From a virus, in IMG/VR virus record IMGVR_UViG_2558860386_000003: 64,000 nucleotides of DNA. One strand, given 5' to 3'. Made by a program: the position numbers and the translations under genes. A model generated the notes under the pieces. It worked only from the letters and a program-made list of their open reading frames with translations, ran no database searches and was not told where the DNA came from. Positions 61,724 to 64,000 of the stretch are shown piece by piece. Within the stretch, counting starts at the first letter, position 1. Each line of letters begins with the position of its first letter.

Positions 61724-63562
61724 TTATTTGTTTACCAAACCGGAGCGAACGGCCCACTTCTTACGCTCAGTAGCGTTAAGAATACGTTTACGCATGCGAA
61801 TGTTCTTAGGCGTAATCTCCACGACCTCATCGTCCATGATGTACTCCAGCGCCTCTTCGAGCGAGAAAACACGTGGAGGTGTAAGCTGCACCGATATGTC
61901 AGCAGTGGAAGAACGCTGGTTGCCCAAAGATTTGGTGCGGGCAATGTTAACCACCATGTCACCAGGACGGGAACGCTCGCCCACAAGCATGCCCTCATAG
62001 CACTCATCACCAGGGCCAACAAAGAGTTGACCGCGCTCTTGCAGGGTACCCAAGGCATATGCAACGGCCTTCTCGGTAGACATAGAGATCATGGCACCGT
62101 TCTGACGAGAACCAATATCGCCAGCAAAAGGACCATATTCCAAGAAGGTATGGTAAAAGACAGCCTCACCATGAGTTACATTGAGGACGCGTGTTTTAAG
62201 GCCCATAATGCCACGTGTGGGGATCTTGAACTCAAGGTGTGTCTGAACGCCGCCGGTTTCCATGTTGGTCATGGTGCCGCCCGCATCACCAAACACCTCA
62301 ATGACCTTGCCAGAGTACTCTGCGGGACACTCAACGACAGCTTGCTCAATAGGTTCAAGCTTATTGCCGTTCTCGTCCTTCTTGAACAGCACGCGCGGGC
62401 TACCCACCTGGAACTCAAAGCCCTCGCGGCGCATGGTTTCCATCAAAACAGAGAGATGCAAAATACCGCGACCGGCTACCTCGGTGCCTGTTTTGTCGGG
62501 GAGCTCCTCAATGCGCATGGTCACATTGTTTTCACGCTCCGCCATCAGGCGCTCTTTAAGCTGACGACCACCAACAATATCTCCGTCACGGCCAACCAAA
62601 GGCGAGGTAGATGCCTCAAATACGATGGCCAACGTTGGTGGATCGATCTCAATGGAGTCAAGCTCAACGGGATTATCTGGATCTGTATACACATCGCCAA
62701 TATCGGTGGAATCCACACCCACCACGGCTCCAATATCACCAGCACAAACCTCGGTACATTCTTTACGGCCCAGGTAGTCAAAGGTAAACAGCTGCTTAAC
62801 CTGACTCATGGCTCGTGAACCATCGTTTTTAACAACCAGGATTTTATCGCCAGCGTGGATTGTGCCCGAATACACACGACCAATACCAATGCGGCCCACA
62901 TAGGTGGAGTGGTCGATGGTTACACACTGCATAGCCAAAGGACCATCTGCATCCGCATCAGGAGCAGGAAGCTCATCAACAACCATGTCCAACAGCGGAT
63001 ACATATCATTGGTATCGTCATCGGGAGACAGACGAGCAAAGCCATTAACAGCACTTGCATAGACAACGTGCTCCATAGAAAACTCGAGCTGCTCATCCGT
63101 GGCGCCCAGATCCATCATCAGATCAAGACAGGCATTAAGGGCCCGCTGCGGGTCTGCACCATCGCGGTCAATCTTGTTAACCACAATCATGATGGACAGG
63201 CCGGCATCAATGGCGTGGCGTAACACAAATCGCGTTTGTGGCATGGGACCTTCTGCGGCATCTACCAGCAGCAGCGCAGAGTCTGCCATCTTCAAAACGC
63301 GCTCTACCTCGCCGCCAAAATCTGCGTGACCAGGCGTATCCAAAACATTGATCTTAACGCCCTTGTACTCAATGGAAATGTTCTTGGCCAAAATGGTAAT
63401 ACCGCGCTCACGCTCTTGATCATTTGAATCCAGAACACGCTCTTCTACCTGCTGATTATCGCGAAAAGCGTCCGTTGCGCGCAGAAGCTTATCCACCAGG
63501 GTGGTCTTGCCGTGGTCAACATGGGCGATAATTGCAATATTGCGAATGTGCTCTTGGAGCAT
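61724..63562 (-). CDS. typA: Translational GTPase TypA/BipA
   Basis: AHVDHGKTT, RGITI, DTPGHADF, NKID, GRG.LHL. Confidence 0.97.
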   Translation of the reverse strand: MLQEHIRNIAIIAHVDHGKTTLVDKLLRATDAFRDNQQVEERVLDSNDQERERGITILAKNISIEYKGVKINVLDTPGHADFGGEVERVLKMADSALLLVDAAEGPMPQTRFVLRHAIDAGLSIMIVVNKIDRDGADPQRALNACLDLMMDLGATDEQLEFSMEHVVYASAVNGFARLSPDDDTNDMYPLLDMVVDELPAPDADADGPLAMQCVTIDHSTYVGRIGIGRVYSGTIHAGDKILVVKNDGSRAMSQVKQLFTFDYLGRKECTEVCAGDIGAVVGVDSTDIGDVYTDPDNPVELDSIEIDPPTLAIVFEASTSPLVGRDGDIVGGRQLKERLMAERENNVTMRIEELPDKTGTEVAGRGILHLSVLMETMRREGFEFQVGSPRVLFKKDENGNKLEPIEQAVVECPAEYSGKVIEVFGDAGGTMTNMETGGVQTHLEFKIPTRGIMGLKTRVLNVTHGEAVFYHTFLEYGPFAGDIGSRQNGAMISMSTEKAVAYALGTLQERGQLFVGPGDECYEGMLVGERSRPGDMVVNIARTKSLGNQRSSTADISVQLTPPRVFSLEEALEYIMDDEVVEITPKNIRMRKRILNATERKKWAVRSGLVNK

Positions 63563-63700
63563 GGTTCCTACTTTCTCATTGTCTATCTAGGATCAAACCA
63601 AAACATACAGGTTATACGAAACATACGGGTTTATATTTTGTACGCTGCCGAGAAACCCCGCAAAAATGTAGTACAAGACGATACAGCGTAGTACAAACCG

Positions 63701-64000
63701 TTACAAAAGTGAATCAACTTCACCAGCGGGCTCAGGATCACACCATTGGAATGCTTCTCCTGCACCAAAACCTTGCCATAATACGTAGGCCGAAAAAGCC
63801 CGCTGGCCTTTCTCGGCAAACTCAAGGATAAGGGCGTCTTTATAGCCGTCGTTGCCTAAGTCTACAGCGCCCTCATATACCATGGCATAGCGTACGGGAG
63901 ACCCAAGCTTATCTGGGCGCACGGCCTTTTCCGAGGTTAGAGCAGCTATGTAGTTGTGGGCCTCATCAAGACAGGCTTCTATCCCGTCTTCAGAAAACGA
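63701..64000 (-). CDS. Host hypothetical protein, 5' end outside window
   Basis: Frame of the 63701..63922 ORF stays open to the window edge. Confidence 0.5.
   Translation of the reverse strand, partial: SFSEDGIEACLDEAHNYIAALTSEKAVRPDKLGSPVRYAMVYEGAVDLGNDGYKDALILEFAEKGQRAFSAYVLWQGFGAGEAFQWCDPEPAGEVDSLL

Noticed and set aside
61709..62818. 369-aa plus-strand ORF and other long antisense ORFs (e.g. 3690..4379, 53353..54123, 47772..48515)
   Set aside because: Shadow frames of well-supported genes with no recognisable motifs
1..64000. CRISPR or other repeat-spacer array
   Set aside because: No regularly spaced repeats with unique spacers seen in any intergenic gap; no cas-like ORF

Overview
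Two siphovirus-like prophages sit back to back, in opposite orientations, at the 3' end of a host tRNA-Ser(CGA). The host is probably an actinobacterium, perhaps Coriobacteriia-like (low-confidence guess). Prophage 1 (1..~27445, left end outside the window) has tail, head, packaging and replication genes on the minus strand, then cro/cI, an AT-rich DUF3800 two-gene cassette and an integrase. Prophage 2 (27420..60687) appears complete between 26-bp direct repeats: integrase, cI/cro, replication module with an intein-containing helicase, a fused TerS-TerL terminase, head, tail and lysis genes. Host DNA follows: two tRNA-Ser, a UPF0126/TRIC membrane protein and typA. Most notable: (i) both phages carry a homologous JAB/MPN metallopeptidase domain fused to different minor head proteins, each followed by a small overlapping ORF; (ii) a DUF3800 + putative RNase cassette with a convergent small RNA; (iii) phage-specific late-promoter boxes of identical architecture (CGTGACA-N7-xAxxxT vs CGTTACC-N7-xAxxxT) plus a shared Myb-like/Zn-finger candidate activator; (iv) a shared att core with divergent integrase arm repeats (TGTCCC vs TGACCC) and attP inverted relative to the genome; (v) covarying UUGGCG-loop antisense RNAs over both integrase leaders. 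All family assignments and alignments are by-eye motif recognition; no database search was run.
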